A program made the translations under genes and the position numbers. Source: an uncultured Pseudanabaenaceae cyanobacterium (GTDB lineage: Bacteria > Cyanobacteriota > Cyanobacteriia > PCC-9006 > JAAUQQ01). Taken from it: 64,000 bases of DNA. The first letter of the stretch is position 1, and each line of letters opens with the position of its first letter. This document shows positions 49,303 to 58,637 of this stretch, piece after piece. The notes beneath the pieces were generated by a model, which worked only from the letters and a program-made list of their open reading frames with translations, did no database searches and had not been told where the DNA came from. Location: contig CALIJJ010000030.1 in the NCBI GenBank assembly GCA_938017515.1, positions 6,360 through 70,359 on the forward strand. Reading direction: 5' to 3'.

Positions 49303-50889
49303 TCAGAGCTTGACGGTGTAAGCGTCCCGGATGCCGTCGATCTTGACGATCTCGGTCAACACGCCATCGGGCAATGGGTCATCCAAACTCAAGACCATGA
49401 CGGCTTCGCCGCGCACGATCTTGCGACCCACCTGCATGCTGGCAATGTTGACATTGAAACTGCCCAGCAAGGAACCAATTTTGCCGATGATGCCCGGCAT
49501 ATCCCGGTGACGGGTGAACAGCATGTACTTATTGGGCGGGACGTTAATGGGGAAGTCGCCCAGGTGGGTGATGAAGACCTCGTTATCCCCCAGCAGGGCA
49601 CCTGCAACGGAATGCTCACCGCGTTCGCCCGTGGCGGAGAGATAGAGCGAACCACCGGAGTAGTCGCTGATGCTTTCGTCGCGGGTTTCGATGACCCGAA
49701 TGCCCCGCTCCTTGGCTTCGATGGAGGCGTTGACGTAGTTGACTCGCTCGCGCAGGGCCTGGGATAGCAGTCCCTTCAGCGACGCAATCACCATGGCCTG
49801 ACTGTTGCTCTGGGCCAGTTCACCCTGCATGCGTACCGTGAGCTGATTGATCCGGCCGCCGGTCAACTGACTCAGCACATTGCCCAGGGTTTCGGCCAGC
49901 TCCAGGTAGGGCCGCATTTTCTCGAGCACGCTGGGATGCAGTCCAGGAATATTCACTGCAGAGCGAGCGGGAAGACCCAACAGGACATCGCGAATTTGCT
50001 CCGCAACGTCCACCGCGACATTGACTTGAGCTTCAGCGGTGGAAGCGCCCAGGTGCGGCGTCAGGATGACGTTTTTGCCCAGCTTGCGCAGGGGAGAGTC
50101 AGCTTCCAGGGGCTCACTGTCGTAGACATCAAGGGCTGCACCAGCCAGCCGACCTTCTTCGATGGCCCGGGCGAGGGCTGCTTCATCAATGACACCGCCC
50201 CGAGAGCAATTGATCAGGCGGGTCGTAGGCTTCATCTTGGCGATGGTTTCATCGTTGATGAGGTTCGCCGTTTCTGGGGTCTTGGGGACGTGAAGCGTGA
50301 TGTAGTCTGCTTCGCTAAAGAGCTGATCCAGCTCGACCAGGCGACAGCCCAACTGGTCTGCCCGCTCGGCGGAGATGAACGGATCGTAGGCCATTAGCTT
50401 CATGCCCATGGCCCGGGCCACGCTCGCGACGTGGGCACCAATTTTGCCCAGGCCGACAACGCCCAATGTCTTTTTGTAAACTTCAGAGCCGATGAATGCT
50501 TTGCGATTCCATTCACCCGCCTTGGTGGACTGGTTGGCGTCTGGAATGTAGCGCGAGACGGTCATCATCATCGCCAAGGCATGTTCCGCGGCGGCGATCG
50601 TGTTGCCTTCGGGGGAGTTGACGACGACGATGCCCTTACGAGTTGCAGCGGGAACATTGACATTGTCAACTCCAACCCCAGCCCGCCCAATGATCTTGAG
50701 GGGTTTGCTGGCTTCGATCACAGCTTCGGTGACCTGGGTCCCGGAGCGGATCATGAGGGCGTCGTATTCGGGGATGATTTCAATCAATTCCGCTTCAGAC
50801 AGACCCGTCTTGAGATCGACATGGGCAACCTGAGAGAGGATTTCAATCCCGACGGGATCGATGGAATCGGAGACGAGGACCTTTGGCAT
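49303..50889 (-). CDS. serA: D-3-phosphoglycerate dehydrogenase (with ASB and ACT domains)
   Basis: 528 aa 2-hydroxyacid dehydrogenase. The NAD motif is GVVGLGKIGAHVA, the catalytic motifs are present, and the C-terminal ACT domain (VMVLSLDDPLPDGVLTEIVKIDGI) is typical of long-form SerA. Confidence 0.9.
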   Translation of the reverse strand: MPKVLVSDSIDPVGIEILSQVAHVDLKTGLSEAELIEIIPEYDALMIRSGTQVTEAVIEASKPLKIIGRAGVGVDNVNVPAATRKGIVVVNSPEGNTIAAAEHALAMMMTVSRYIPDANQSTKAGEWNRKAFIGSEVYKKTLGVVGLGKIGAHVASVARAMGMKLMAYDPFISAERADQLGCRLVELDQLFSEADYITLHVPKTPETANLINDETIAKMKPTTRLINCSRGGVIDEAALARAIEEGRLAGAALDVYDSEPLEADSPLRKLGKNVILTPHLGASTAEAQVNVAVDVAEQIRDVLLGLPARSAVNIPGLHPSVLEKMRPYLELAETLGNVLSQLTGGRINQLTVRMQGELAQSNSQAMVIASLKGLLSQALRERVNYVNASIEAKERGIRVIETRDESISDYSGGSLYLSATGERGEHSVAGALLGDNEVFITHLGDFPINVPPNKYMLFTRHRDMPGIIGKIGSLLGSFNVNIASMQVGRKIVRGEAVMVLSLDDPLPDGVLTEIVKIDGIRDAYTVKL

Positions 50890-51039
50890 GGTGACGAAAT
50901 CGAGCGTGTTGAAAGGATTGATCGTAAGCAGTCTGGGGCTTTCCCAGGGGCCATTCTAGGATAAAGGGGCGGCCACTCTGGCGGTCATTAAGTAAGATCA
51001 ACAGTGGTGTTAAGAAGATGCTGCTTGTGAGGGCTGGGT

Positions 51040-51540
51040 GTGAGTTATTTGGTTGTGGTGTTACCGGATCGCATTAAGGCTGAGGAGGCATATCTGTCCT
51101 TGGAAGGGGAGTCGTTCCCCATGGACAAGATTGAAATTCTGGGCCGGGGCTATAAAACACCGGAGGAATTCGGCTTGATCGATCCGCTGGAAAAGGTGAA
51201 GACGCGGGCCAAGCGGATGGCGTTTTGGCTGATGCCCTTTGGTTTTTTAGGGGGGGTTGGCTTTAGCTTGACCACTCAGCTTCAGACCTTTGCCTGGGCT
51301 GGCAGCGTGGGCAACCATGTGCTGGGCGGTCTGATGGGGGTGATTGGGGGCGCTATGGGCAGCTTCTTTATTGGGGGAGGACCGACGCTGGTGCTGAATC
51401 GGAGCAGCGATGGCAGCTATGGCGATCGCATCGAAGCGGGGAAATATCTCCTGGCGGTGAACGGACCTGAAATTCTGATCAATCAGGTTGTTCTCACGAT
51501 TCGCAAATTTCAGCCGGAAGCGGTGGAAGTGTTGGACTAG
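51040..51540 (+). CDS. hypothetical membrane protein with glycine-zipper TM segment
   Basis: 166 aa with a central Gly-rich hydrophobic stretch (GGLMGVIGGAMGSFFIGGG). Confidence 0.5.
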   Translation: MSYLVVVLPDRIKAEEAYLSLEGESFPMDKIEILGRGYKTPEEFGLIDPLEKVKTRAKRMAFWLMPFGFLGGVGFSLTTQLQTFAWAGSVGNHVLGGLMGVIGGAMGSFFIGGGPTLVLNRSSDGSYGDRIEAGKYLLAVNGPEILINQVVLTIRKFQPEAVEVLD

Positions 51541-51625
51541 CGGTGCTGCCAGCGCTGGAAGTTCCGTTTTGGATTGGCCGTTTTGGATTGGCCGTTTTGG
51601 ATTATTTGGATGAGTCTCTGAAATT

Positions 51626-52405
51626 ATGCTCCCGAAGGAAGACCTGCTGAAAGGCATTGAAAATCGTGAGGCCGTGTCTCGCGTCATCGATAAGGCTGAC
51701 CAGGCCCTCAAAACCTGGGAAATTGTGGTGACCGATTTTCTGTCGCCCCCAGAAATGGCGGAGGCCACCGGAATTTTTCAGCGCTTGACCGAAGTCAGTT
51801 GCCTGCCCTGGGGGGGCTATCCCCAGGCGGAACGCCAGCGTTTGGCCCTGGCCCGCTCGGATATTCCCCTAGATACGTCCCATGTGGCGGTGACGGCGCT
51901 GGAAATTGCAGGTAACTTTCTCTTTGACTCCGCGACCCATCGAGATTTCTTGGGCTCGCTGCTGGGGACCGGTCTAGTGCGGGATAAGGTGGGCGACATC
52001 ATTGTGGTGGGCGATCGCGGTGCCCAGGCTGTCGTGGTGCCAGAACTGGTGGAGTTTTTAGAAATGAGCCTGGTTCAGGTGCGCTCGGTCAAGGTGAAAA
52101 CCCGGCCCATTGAGCTAGACCAGCTCAGAATTCGGCAACCCAAAATCAAGGAAATGACCACCGTGGAGGCCTCGATGCGACTGGATGCGATCGCCTCCGC
52201 AGGATTCGGGATGTCTCGTAGCAAAATGGTGGACTTGATCACTAGTGGAGATGTGCGAGTCAACTGGAAAACAATGAGTCAAGCCAGCCATGCCGTTCAG
52301 TCAGAGGATTTGATTGCCATTCGCGGCAAGGGACGTCTCAGTGTTGGTGATGTTTCTGTGACAAAGAAACAGCGTTATCGGGTTCAACTAAAGCGATTTG
52401 TATAG
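51626..52405 (+). CDS. S4-domain RNA-binding protein (YlmH / cyanobacterial PSII S4 domain protein family)
   Basis: C-terminal S4-like motif (RLDAIASAGFGMSRSKMVDLITSGDVRVN). Overall length and order resemble the photosystem II S4 domain protein family. Confidence 0.6.
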   Translation: MLPKEDLLKGIENREAVSRVIDKADQALKTWEIVVTDFLSPPEMAEATGIFQRLTEVSCLPWGGYPQAERQRLALARSDIPLDTSHVAVTALEIAGNFLFDSATHRDFLGSLLGTGLVRDKVGDIIVVGDRGAQAVVVPELVEFLEMSLVQVRSVKVKTRPIELDQLRIRQPKIKEMTTVEASMRLDAIASAGFGMSRSKMVDLITSGDVRVNWKTMSQASHAVQSEDLIAIRGKGRLSVGDVSVTKKQRYRVQLKRFV

Positions 52406-52438
52406 GCATTTGCTAACTTTTTTAAGCTTTGTAAGGCA

Positions 52439-53053
52439 ATGCAAACTGCATTACAGATCATTGATCCCCTTGGGCATTCTGGGAAAAGCAGCGCATTTAG
52501 CAAAGGAGTTTGGGAGATGGTCAATGTAGTGAGTCGTGATGGTCGCGATCGCCAGCTCTTCCCGAACCCGTCTCAAGTTGTAGAGCGGATCACAGAACGA
52601 AACGCTGCGGCCCGTCGTTCCTACAACCAGGTTCTCGCCGAAACGCTTCAAGCTCAGGCAGAGCAGGCCCTGCAAACTCAGAACCTGGGGGGCACCGTCG
52701 CTGACCTCAACCGGGGAATGATCATGGAAACCTTGTCTTGGGAGGCTCCCCATCCCCAAGCTGGATGCCATGTGTTTCGGACGCTGGAGGAAATGGCACA
52801 GGTCTGGCTCCTGCATGGCGGTGAAGCCATCGCCCTTCCCCAGGTCAACTTCGAGCAGTTCACCGTGTTAGCGGTCTTTTCGGGGGAGGGGAGCTTTCGC
52901 GAATACACCACCATCAATCGGCTGAAGTATCAGGCGGACATGCTTGAAGCCTATATTTGCTCCTATACCCGCCCCTGGACCGTCAAAAATCCCATGAGCG
53001 TCATTCAGATTGCAAAGACAGAGCAACCCATTCGTTTCATCACGTTAATGTAG
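52439..53053 (+). CDS. hypothetical protein
   Basis: 204 aa ORF with no recognisable motif. The start may be the internal Met (MVNVVSRDG). Confidence 0.4.
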   Translation: MQTALQIIDPLGHSGKSSAFSKGVWEMVNVVSRDGRDRQLFPNPSQVVERITERNAAARRSYNQVLAETLQAQAEQALQTQNLGGTVADLNRGMIMETLSWEAPHPQAGCHVFRTLEEMAQVWLLHGGEAIALPQVNFEQFTVLAVFSGEGSFREYTTINRLKYQADMLEAYICSYTRPWTVKNPMSVIQIAKTEQPIRFITLM

Positions 53054-53127
53054 GCCTTGATGTAGACCTTGCCTCTCCTGATGCAGATCCTGCCTCTGAA
53101 GATGGGAATTCATTCCCCCGTGGGTGG

Positions 53128-53877
53128 CTAGTCTACCCGCACGTTGAAGCGGTATTCATAACCACGGAACTTGGAATCGAGCCTGAGCAAGTAATCGCCC
53201 TCTTCAGGGAGTTTGCCGGACCATTTGGTGGGGTCACCTTCCTCTGGACCAGAAAAAAGCACCTGATTGTTCGGTGTGGTGAGCACGGGCATGGGCCCTG
53301 CCAAATTGGTCAGGGTTAGGGTTTGGTTTTTGGAGGCCCGCAGCTTGTACTGGTGATTTCCGGTACCGACGAAGCGACCCGCCAGGTCTAGGTCACGCTT
53401 GCCTCGGGGAAAGGCTACCCGAGCTGTTTTTTCATTGCAGGCATAACGAGTGAGGGAGCGGGGAGCCCATCCCTGGACCGGGGCCGTCACGGCAAACCAT
53501 TCCCCTTGGGTTCCTGCGACATCGATGATTTGGTCATTATTGGCTTCGCCGACGATATTGCCCTGGGGAGATGCAGCATCCCGAATGCTGAGGGGCGGGC
53601 GTGGGTCATTGACCTGAGCCATGGTGACGATGCATTCTTCTAGCTCGATGCCATCCTTGGAAGCGGGGTCGAGCTGAAATGAATGGGTCGCGCTGTTGGC
53701 TTTGGCAATGTTTGGCCTGTCTGTTGCCTGAACTGTGGATGGTGCCGCAGACTCATTCAGGGGGCGCAGGCGGCGACTGGTGTTTTTTTGATTGGCGATC
53801 TGGGTTCCGGTCCAGATCGAAAATCCTGTGGCGAGTAAAAAGGCGCCCAACATCGGCAATTTGTAGGGAGATGCCAT
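53128..53877 (-). CDS. hypothetical secreted protein
   Basis: 249 aa with an N-terminal signal or TM segment (LPMLGAFLLATGFSIWTG). Confidence 0.5.
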   Translation of the reverse strand: MASPYKLPMLGAFLLATGFSIWTGTQIANQKNTSRRLRPLNESAAPSTVQATDRPNIAKANSATHSFQLDPASKDGIELEECIVTMAQVNDPRPPLSIRDAASPQGNIVGEANNDQIIDVAGTQGEWFAVTAPVQGWAPRSLTRYACNEKTARVAFPRGKRDLDLAGRFVGTGNHQYKLRASKNQTLTLTNLAGPMPVLTTPNNQVLFSGPEEGDPTKWSGKLPEEGDYLLRLDSKFRGYEYRFNVRVD

Positions 53878-54010
53878 GGTGTTTTGATGAGCTCCTGGGG
53901 TTGACGACAGACAAAACGACAGACAAATGGTCTAGAAGGAGATTATGCGCTTCTTTGAGCGTACTTTGAGAAAATAAGGACTGTCCCACAAAAAATCAAG
54001 TTTTTACGAT

Positions 54011-55159
54011 TTGTCACCTGCTCGCCCCTTGCCTCCATCTGCCTCTGAATCTGCCTCTGAATCTGATCTCCAACTCAGTAGCTATGACTATGAGTTGCCC
54101 CAGGAACGCATTGCCCAAAACCCTGCTGTTCCTAGGGATAGCTCACGCTTGTTGGTGATTGATTCTGCCGCAACCCAACAGCATCGAATCTTCCGAGAGT
54201 TGCCGGAATTTTTGCAGCCCGGAGACTTGCTTGTTATGAATAACACGCGAGTTTTGCCTGCCCGGCTGAAGGGAGAAAAAATCATTGATCCCCATTTGAG
54301 GGCACGGGGGGCTCGCGGTGCCCAGGTGGAGGTCTTGCTGTTAGAAGAACAGGGGCCGGAATATTGGTTAGCCTTGGTGAAGCCAGGGCGACGGCTAAAG
54401 CCGGGGATGTCGATTGCTTTCGGGAATGATCTCTGCGGCACTCTGCTCACGGCCAAAATACTCGACAGCGATCCCGCTACGGGGGGGCGGATTTTGAAAT
54501 TTACGGCGGTTCCCGGCGAAACTTTTTGGACTGCCCTGGAAAAATTGGGGGAGGTGCCCCTGCCGCCCTATATCGATCGCTCAGAATCCGACGCAGAACA
54601 GTATCAAACGGTCTACAGCGATCCCGTTGGTGCCGTGGCAGCACCGACCGCAGGGTTACATTTCACACCTGAGTTGCTGGAGAAACTTAAGGAACGAGGC
54701 GTCGAACAAGCCTTTGTCACGCTCCATGTGGGCGTGGGAACGTTCCGGCCCGTGGAGGCTGAAACGATTACGGATCACGAGATGCATGGCGAGTGGGTGG
54801 AGGTGACGCCCGAGGTGGTGGCACAGATTACGGCCACAAAGGCCCGAGGGGGACGTGTGTTTGCGGTGGGTACGACGGCGGTGCGATCGCTGGAGGGCGC
54901 GGCTCAGTTCGGCCAACTGCGTCCGGTGCGCGGCAAAGTGAATCTGTTTATTTATCCCGGTTACCACTGGAACGTCGTTGATGGGCTGATCACCAACTTT
55001 CATTTGCCCAAGTCAAGCTTGATGATGCTGGTGAGTGCGCTTGTGGGTCGGGAGCGATTGTTGCAGTTGTATGGAGAGGCGATCGCCCGGGAGTACCGTT
55101 TCTACTCCTTTGGAGATGCGATGCTAATTTTACCGGCGGGGGTGCTTGAGAGGGAGTGA
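54011..55159 (+). CDS. queA: S-adenosylmethionine:tRNA ribosyltransferase-isomerase
   Basis: QueA motifs (YDYELPQERIAQ, LLVMNNTRVLPARL, GTTAVRSLE). There is no in-frame ATG before the conserved N-terminus, so a TTG (54011) or nearby non-ATG start is implied. Confidence 0.85.
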   Translation: MSPARPLPPSASESASESDLQLSSYDYELPQERIAQNPAVPRDSSRLLVIDSAATQQHRIFRELPEFLQPGDLLVMNNTRVLPARLKGEKIIDPHLRARGARGAQVEVLLLEEQGPEYWLALVKPGRRLKPGMSIAFGNDLCGTLLTAKILDSDPATGGRILKFTAVPGETFWTALEKLGEVPLPPYIDRSESDAEQYQTVYSDPVGAVAAPTAGLHFTPELLEKLKERGVEQAFVTLHVGVGTFRPVEAETITDHEMHGEWVEVTPEVVAQITATKARGGRVFAVGTTAVRSLEGAAQFGQLRPVRGKVNLFIYPGYHWNVVDGLITNFHLPKSSLMMLVSALVGRERLLQLYGEAIAREYRFYSFGDAMLILPAGVLERE

Positions 55160-55204
55160 TCCAAGCTTTGGAGTGATCCAAGCTTTGGAGTGATACAAGC
55201 TTTG
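55154..55204. repeat. 17-bp tandem repeat x3 (GAGTGATCCAAGCTTTG) overlapping the queA stop codon
   Basis: Seen directly. Each copy contains TGA and AAGCTT. Confidence 0.8.
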
Positions 55205-55634
55205 ATCCGCTGCTTGCCCTGATAGATGCCATCGAGAGTCTGCCCCATCCAGGAGGAAGGCAAGGCTTGAATGTTGACGCTTCTATGTCTCACAATCCTT
55301 GTTCTCCAGTCAATAGGCAGATGGCTGAGCAACTTTTGAGCCGAAACCTGCTTTAGCTGCCGTTGCATTTTGAGGACGATTGGAACGTAAATTTCTCGTT
55401 TTTTAATGGCCCTAGGAAAGAATGAAATAGCACTGCGGTGAGCATTTTGTCGCGTGAATTCCCGTATAGTTTCTATGCCATGCTCGCCCTATAATTAAGT
55501 CCCAGACTTGATCCTAAACGACAGTCATTTGATGTTGTATAGGCCTATTTATTTTGCCTCAAGACGATTTGGGTTAAGCGATTTGGCTGTTTCCCCAGAC
55601 CGGATGATCTCAGATGCTAAAGAAACATTGATCG

Positions 55635-56069
55635 ATGGTTGGCTACCGATCGATGGACTCCTCGTTGGGAGCAAGTCGTGTCTTCAGGGGGCATGGTGTA
55701 ATGGATGCGCTAGCAAAGCAGGCGGTTGGAATCTCTCATCCTGAGTTGTCCAAAGAGTATGTGATTTCTCGGCATGTGAGAGGCGTTGATTGTGAGGACT
55801 GTCCGGTTTGGGAACTTCAGATTGATGTTCCTAACCTTTCCGATGCAAAGTCGCTGCATGAGCAGCAGGCGTTGTTGAACCGTGTTGCAGAATCGTTAGA
55901 GGCAGATTGGATTTGTCTCACGATTCAAGGGCAACTGTACTGGCGTTGGCCCAGGGCATGGGAGGAAAAGTTGCATCGTTGGCAAGCTTCACAACAGGAG
56001 CAAATCCGTTGGGAGCAGCAGCTTGGCAGGCGACTGGAGCAGTTTCGCGCTCGATGGCAGCAGCAATAG
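55635..56069 (+). CDS. hypothetical protein (Q/R/W-rich C-terminus)
   Basis: 144 aa ORF followed immediately by an 18-bp tandem repeat. Weak coding evidence. Confidence 0.35.
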   Translation: MVGYRSMDSSLGASRVFRGHGVMDALAKQAVGISHPELSKEYVISRHVRGVDCEDCPVWELQIDVPNLSDAKSLHEQQALLNRVAESLEADWICLTIQGQLYWRWPRAWEEKLHRWQASQQEQIRWEQQLGRRLEQFRARWQQQ

Positions 56070-56072
56070 GGT

Positions 56073-56123
56073 CAATCTATTTTTCAGGGTAAATCTATTT
56101 TTCAGGGTAAATCTATTGGTCAG
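56073..56123. repeat. 18-bp tandem repeat (AAATCTATTTTTCAGGGT x about 2.8)
   Basis: Seen directly. Confidence 0.8.
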
Positions 56124-56190
56124 CCTCGACTGTTGGGATGTCCGTTGAGACATCGTGATGCATGGGGACATCGTGGTGGATGGAGATGAT

Positions 56191-56715
56191 TTATCCATCA
56201 ACTGGCGTTTGAGGTGTGTTGAGTAGGCGTTGATAAAAGGCGAGATCGAGCCAACGACCAAACTTAAAACCGGCCTGGCGAATCGTTCCAGCATGGCGAA
56301 ACCCCAGGGATTGGTGGAGCGCAATGCTGCCTGTATTCTCTGCATCAATACCGCCGATGAGGGTGTGATATTGCTGTTTAGTTGCCTGTGCAGTGAGCTG
56401 TTGTAGGAGCGATCGCCCAATGCCCCGACGGTGATGGGCTCGGTGAACATAGACGGAATGCTCGACGGAATATTTAAAGGCTGGCCAGGCACGGAACGTT
56501 CCGTAACTGGCAAAGCCGAGGAGCTGGTTGTCCTCAACAGCTCCGATGATGGGGAATTGCCCAATTTCTTTGACCTTGAACCAGTCTTGCATTTGACTGA
56601 GCGATCGCGGTTCGTAGTCGTAGAGCGCGGTGGTATTGATGATGGCATCGTTGAGGATGTCGAGAATGGCGATCCCATGCTGCGCGTAGGTGCAGGGGAT
56701 AAATTGCATGGACAT
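56191..56715 (-). CDS. GNAT-family N-acetyltransferase (phosphinothricin acetyltransferase-like)
   Basis: Acetyl-CoA motif HRRGIGRSLL, and family-typical LGFASYG and IALHQSLGF blocks. Confidence 0.75.
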   Translation of the reverse strand: MSMQFIPCTYAQHGIAILDILNDAIINTTALYDYEPRSLSQMQDWFKVKEIGQFPIIGAVEDNQLLGFASYGTFRAWPAFKYSVEHSVYVHRAHHRRGIGRSLLQQLTAQATKQQYHTLIGGIDAENTGSIALHQSLGFRHAGTIRQAGFKFGRWLDLAFYQRLLNTPQTPVDG

Positions 56716-56853
56716 AACGGATGGAATAGTCTCAGAAATCCGAAAAAAACAGCGGCAATCAAAGGGATGCCGCTGTTCGATTCTTAGCCCTTTTGGCCTA
56801 GATTTTTTGATCTAGACTTTGTGGCCTCAACCTTTTGGCCTCGACCTTTTGAT

Positions 56854-58392
56854 TTAGGCCTTGACGGCCTCTTTGGCGGCGTACATCACTTCAGCATTAA
56901 TGGCATTAATACCCTGCTTGATCGCATAGGCTTCCACATTGCGGCGGACCTTACTGCGTACAAAGCCGGGGACGCGCTTCAGTTCCGTGAGGCCATCGGG
57001 GGTCCATTGCAGCTCGGCGTCGTTGGAGACTTCCTTGGTCAGGATCTCCTTCGTGTCGTGGCCGCCGAAGATCTCCAGCAGGTGATCTTCCATGCCCAAG
57101 GTGAATGAGTTGTAGATCAAATCCACCAGTTGGTTGGCCCCTTCATAGCCCATGTAGGGTCGGTAGCCGACGGGGAAGTTTTGGATGTGGATGGGGGCGG
57201 CAATGACGCCACAGGGGAGGTCCAGGCGTTTGCCGACGTGGCGTTCCATTTGGGTGCCAAATAAGGCAGCGGGTTCGAGACGGGCGATCGCATTGGCAAT
57301 CTCCGCATTATCTTCGCTGATTAAGATCTCGTCACAAAAACCGCTCACTTCCTCCCGGAACCAATCTGCATCGTACTTACAGTAGGTGCCTGCCAGGACC
57401 ACTTTGATCCCCATTTCCCGAGTCAGAATCTTGGTGATGGCTGCGGCATGAGTATTGTCGCCAAAGACCACAGCCCGCTTGCCCGTCAGATTTTGGCAGT
57501 CGATGGAGCGAGAGAACCAAGCCGCCTGGGAGACGTGGCGGGTTTGCTGATCAATGAACCCTTCGAAATCAACCTCAATGCTGGTTTCGCTGGTTTGAGC
57601 ATTGATGATCTGCTGACATTTGCGAACGAAGCGCGCCGTATCGACAATGCCCATGGGGGTAATGTCCACGTAGGGCATATCAAATTCTTTTTCGAGATAC
57701 TGCGCCGTCATCACGCCCAGCTCTCGGTAGGGCACCACATTGAACCAAGCCTGGGGTAGCTTCTTCAGATCATGGACTGATGCTTTGTAGGGCAGAACGA
57801 GATTGACATCAATCCCCAGGTCCGCCATGAGCTTCTTCAGCTCGGTGCAGTCGTGGTTATTGTGGAAACCTAGGGTTGAAAAGCCAATCAGGTTGACCGA
57901 GGGCTTGGGTGTTTTTTGGGTGACTAAGTCGTCTTGCTTGCGCGCTTTATTGATGTAGAGCTGGACGATTTGCTCTAGGGTTCGGTCGGCGGCCTGGAGT
58001 TCGTTGTAGCGGTAGTGGTTGACATCGGCGAGCATGACGTCCGCCTTGGCATCCATTTGAGCCCGCTCAACGAAGTTATTGAGGTCTTCCTGCAGGATGC
58101 TGGAGGTGCAGGTGGGGGTCAGCACAATCAGGTCGGGATGTTCTTCGCCGTCCTTGCGGGTGATGTTGTCCACCACTTTTTCCTGGGAGCCGCGGGCGAG
58201 CACGTGACGATCGACGACACTGGTGGTGACCGGCGTAAAGTCCCGCTCCCGTTCCAGCATTGATCGCATCACATTGAAGTAGTCGTCCCCCAGGGGGGCA
58301 TGCATGATGGCATGGACATTCTCAAACGAGCTGGCAACACGCAGGGTGCCAATGTGAGCCGGACCTGCATACATCCAATAGGCCAATTTCAT
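56854..58392 (-). CDS. chlB: light-independent protochlorophyllide reductase subunit B
   Basis: 512 aa with a strong full-length match to the ChlB pattern ([23 protein letters not shown]...[16 protein letters not shown]...). Confidence 0.9.
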   Translation of the reverse strand: MKLAYWMYAGPAHIGTLRVASSFENVHAIMHAPLGDDYFNVMRSMLERERDFTPVTTSVVDRHVLARGSQEKVVDNITRKDGEEHPDLIVLTPTCTSSILQEDLNNFVERAQMDAKADVMLADVNHYRYNELQAADRTLEQIVQLYINKARKQDDLVTQKTPKPSVNLIGFSTLGFHNNHDCTELKKLMADLGIDVNLVLPYKASVHDLKKLPQAWFNVVPYRELGVMTAQYLEKEFDMPYVDITPMGIVDTARFVRKCQQIINAQTSETSIEVDFEGFIDQQTRHVSQAAWFSRSIDCQNLTGKRAVVFGDNTHAAAITKILTREMGIKVVLAGTYCKYDADWFREEVSGFCDEILISEDNAEIANAIARLEPAALFGTQMERHVGKRLDLPCGVIAAPIHIQNFPVGYRPYMGYEGANQLVDLIYNSFTLGMEDHLLEIFGGHDTKEILTKEVSNDAELQWTPDGLTELKRVPGFVRSKVRRNVEAYAIKQGINAINAEVMYAAKEAVKA

Positions 58393-58637
58393 AAAATTGC
58401 GCTCCCTGCGCGATCGGGCTACCCGCTATGCTCCCGTGCGAGGGGACCCTTTGCCCCAAGCTTGAAGAAGCACGAAGCGATCCCGGCTGGATTGTTGAAC
58501 AGCGTTACACAAGCGCAACGAATCTCAATCCGTTAGGCTGGTAACGCTGTGATTTCCGCTTGCGTCGCGTGAGTTCGAGTCGTGCGTGAGTTTGAGTGGA
58601 ATGGAGCAGCGCTTTTCCTTGTCAGATGTGAATCGCC

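Noticed and set aside
58560-58600. Repetitive CGTGAGTT(C/T)GAGT segment considered as a possible tRNA or T-arm
   Set aside because: No cloverleaf can be drawn and there is no GTTCRANYC T-loop. It is just a short direct repeat in the chlB / ABC exporter intergenic region.
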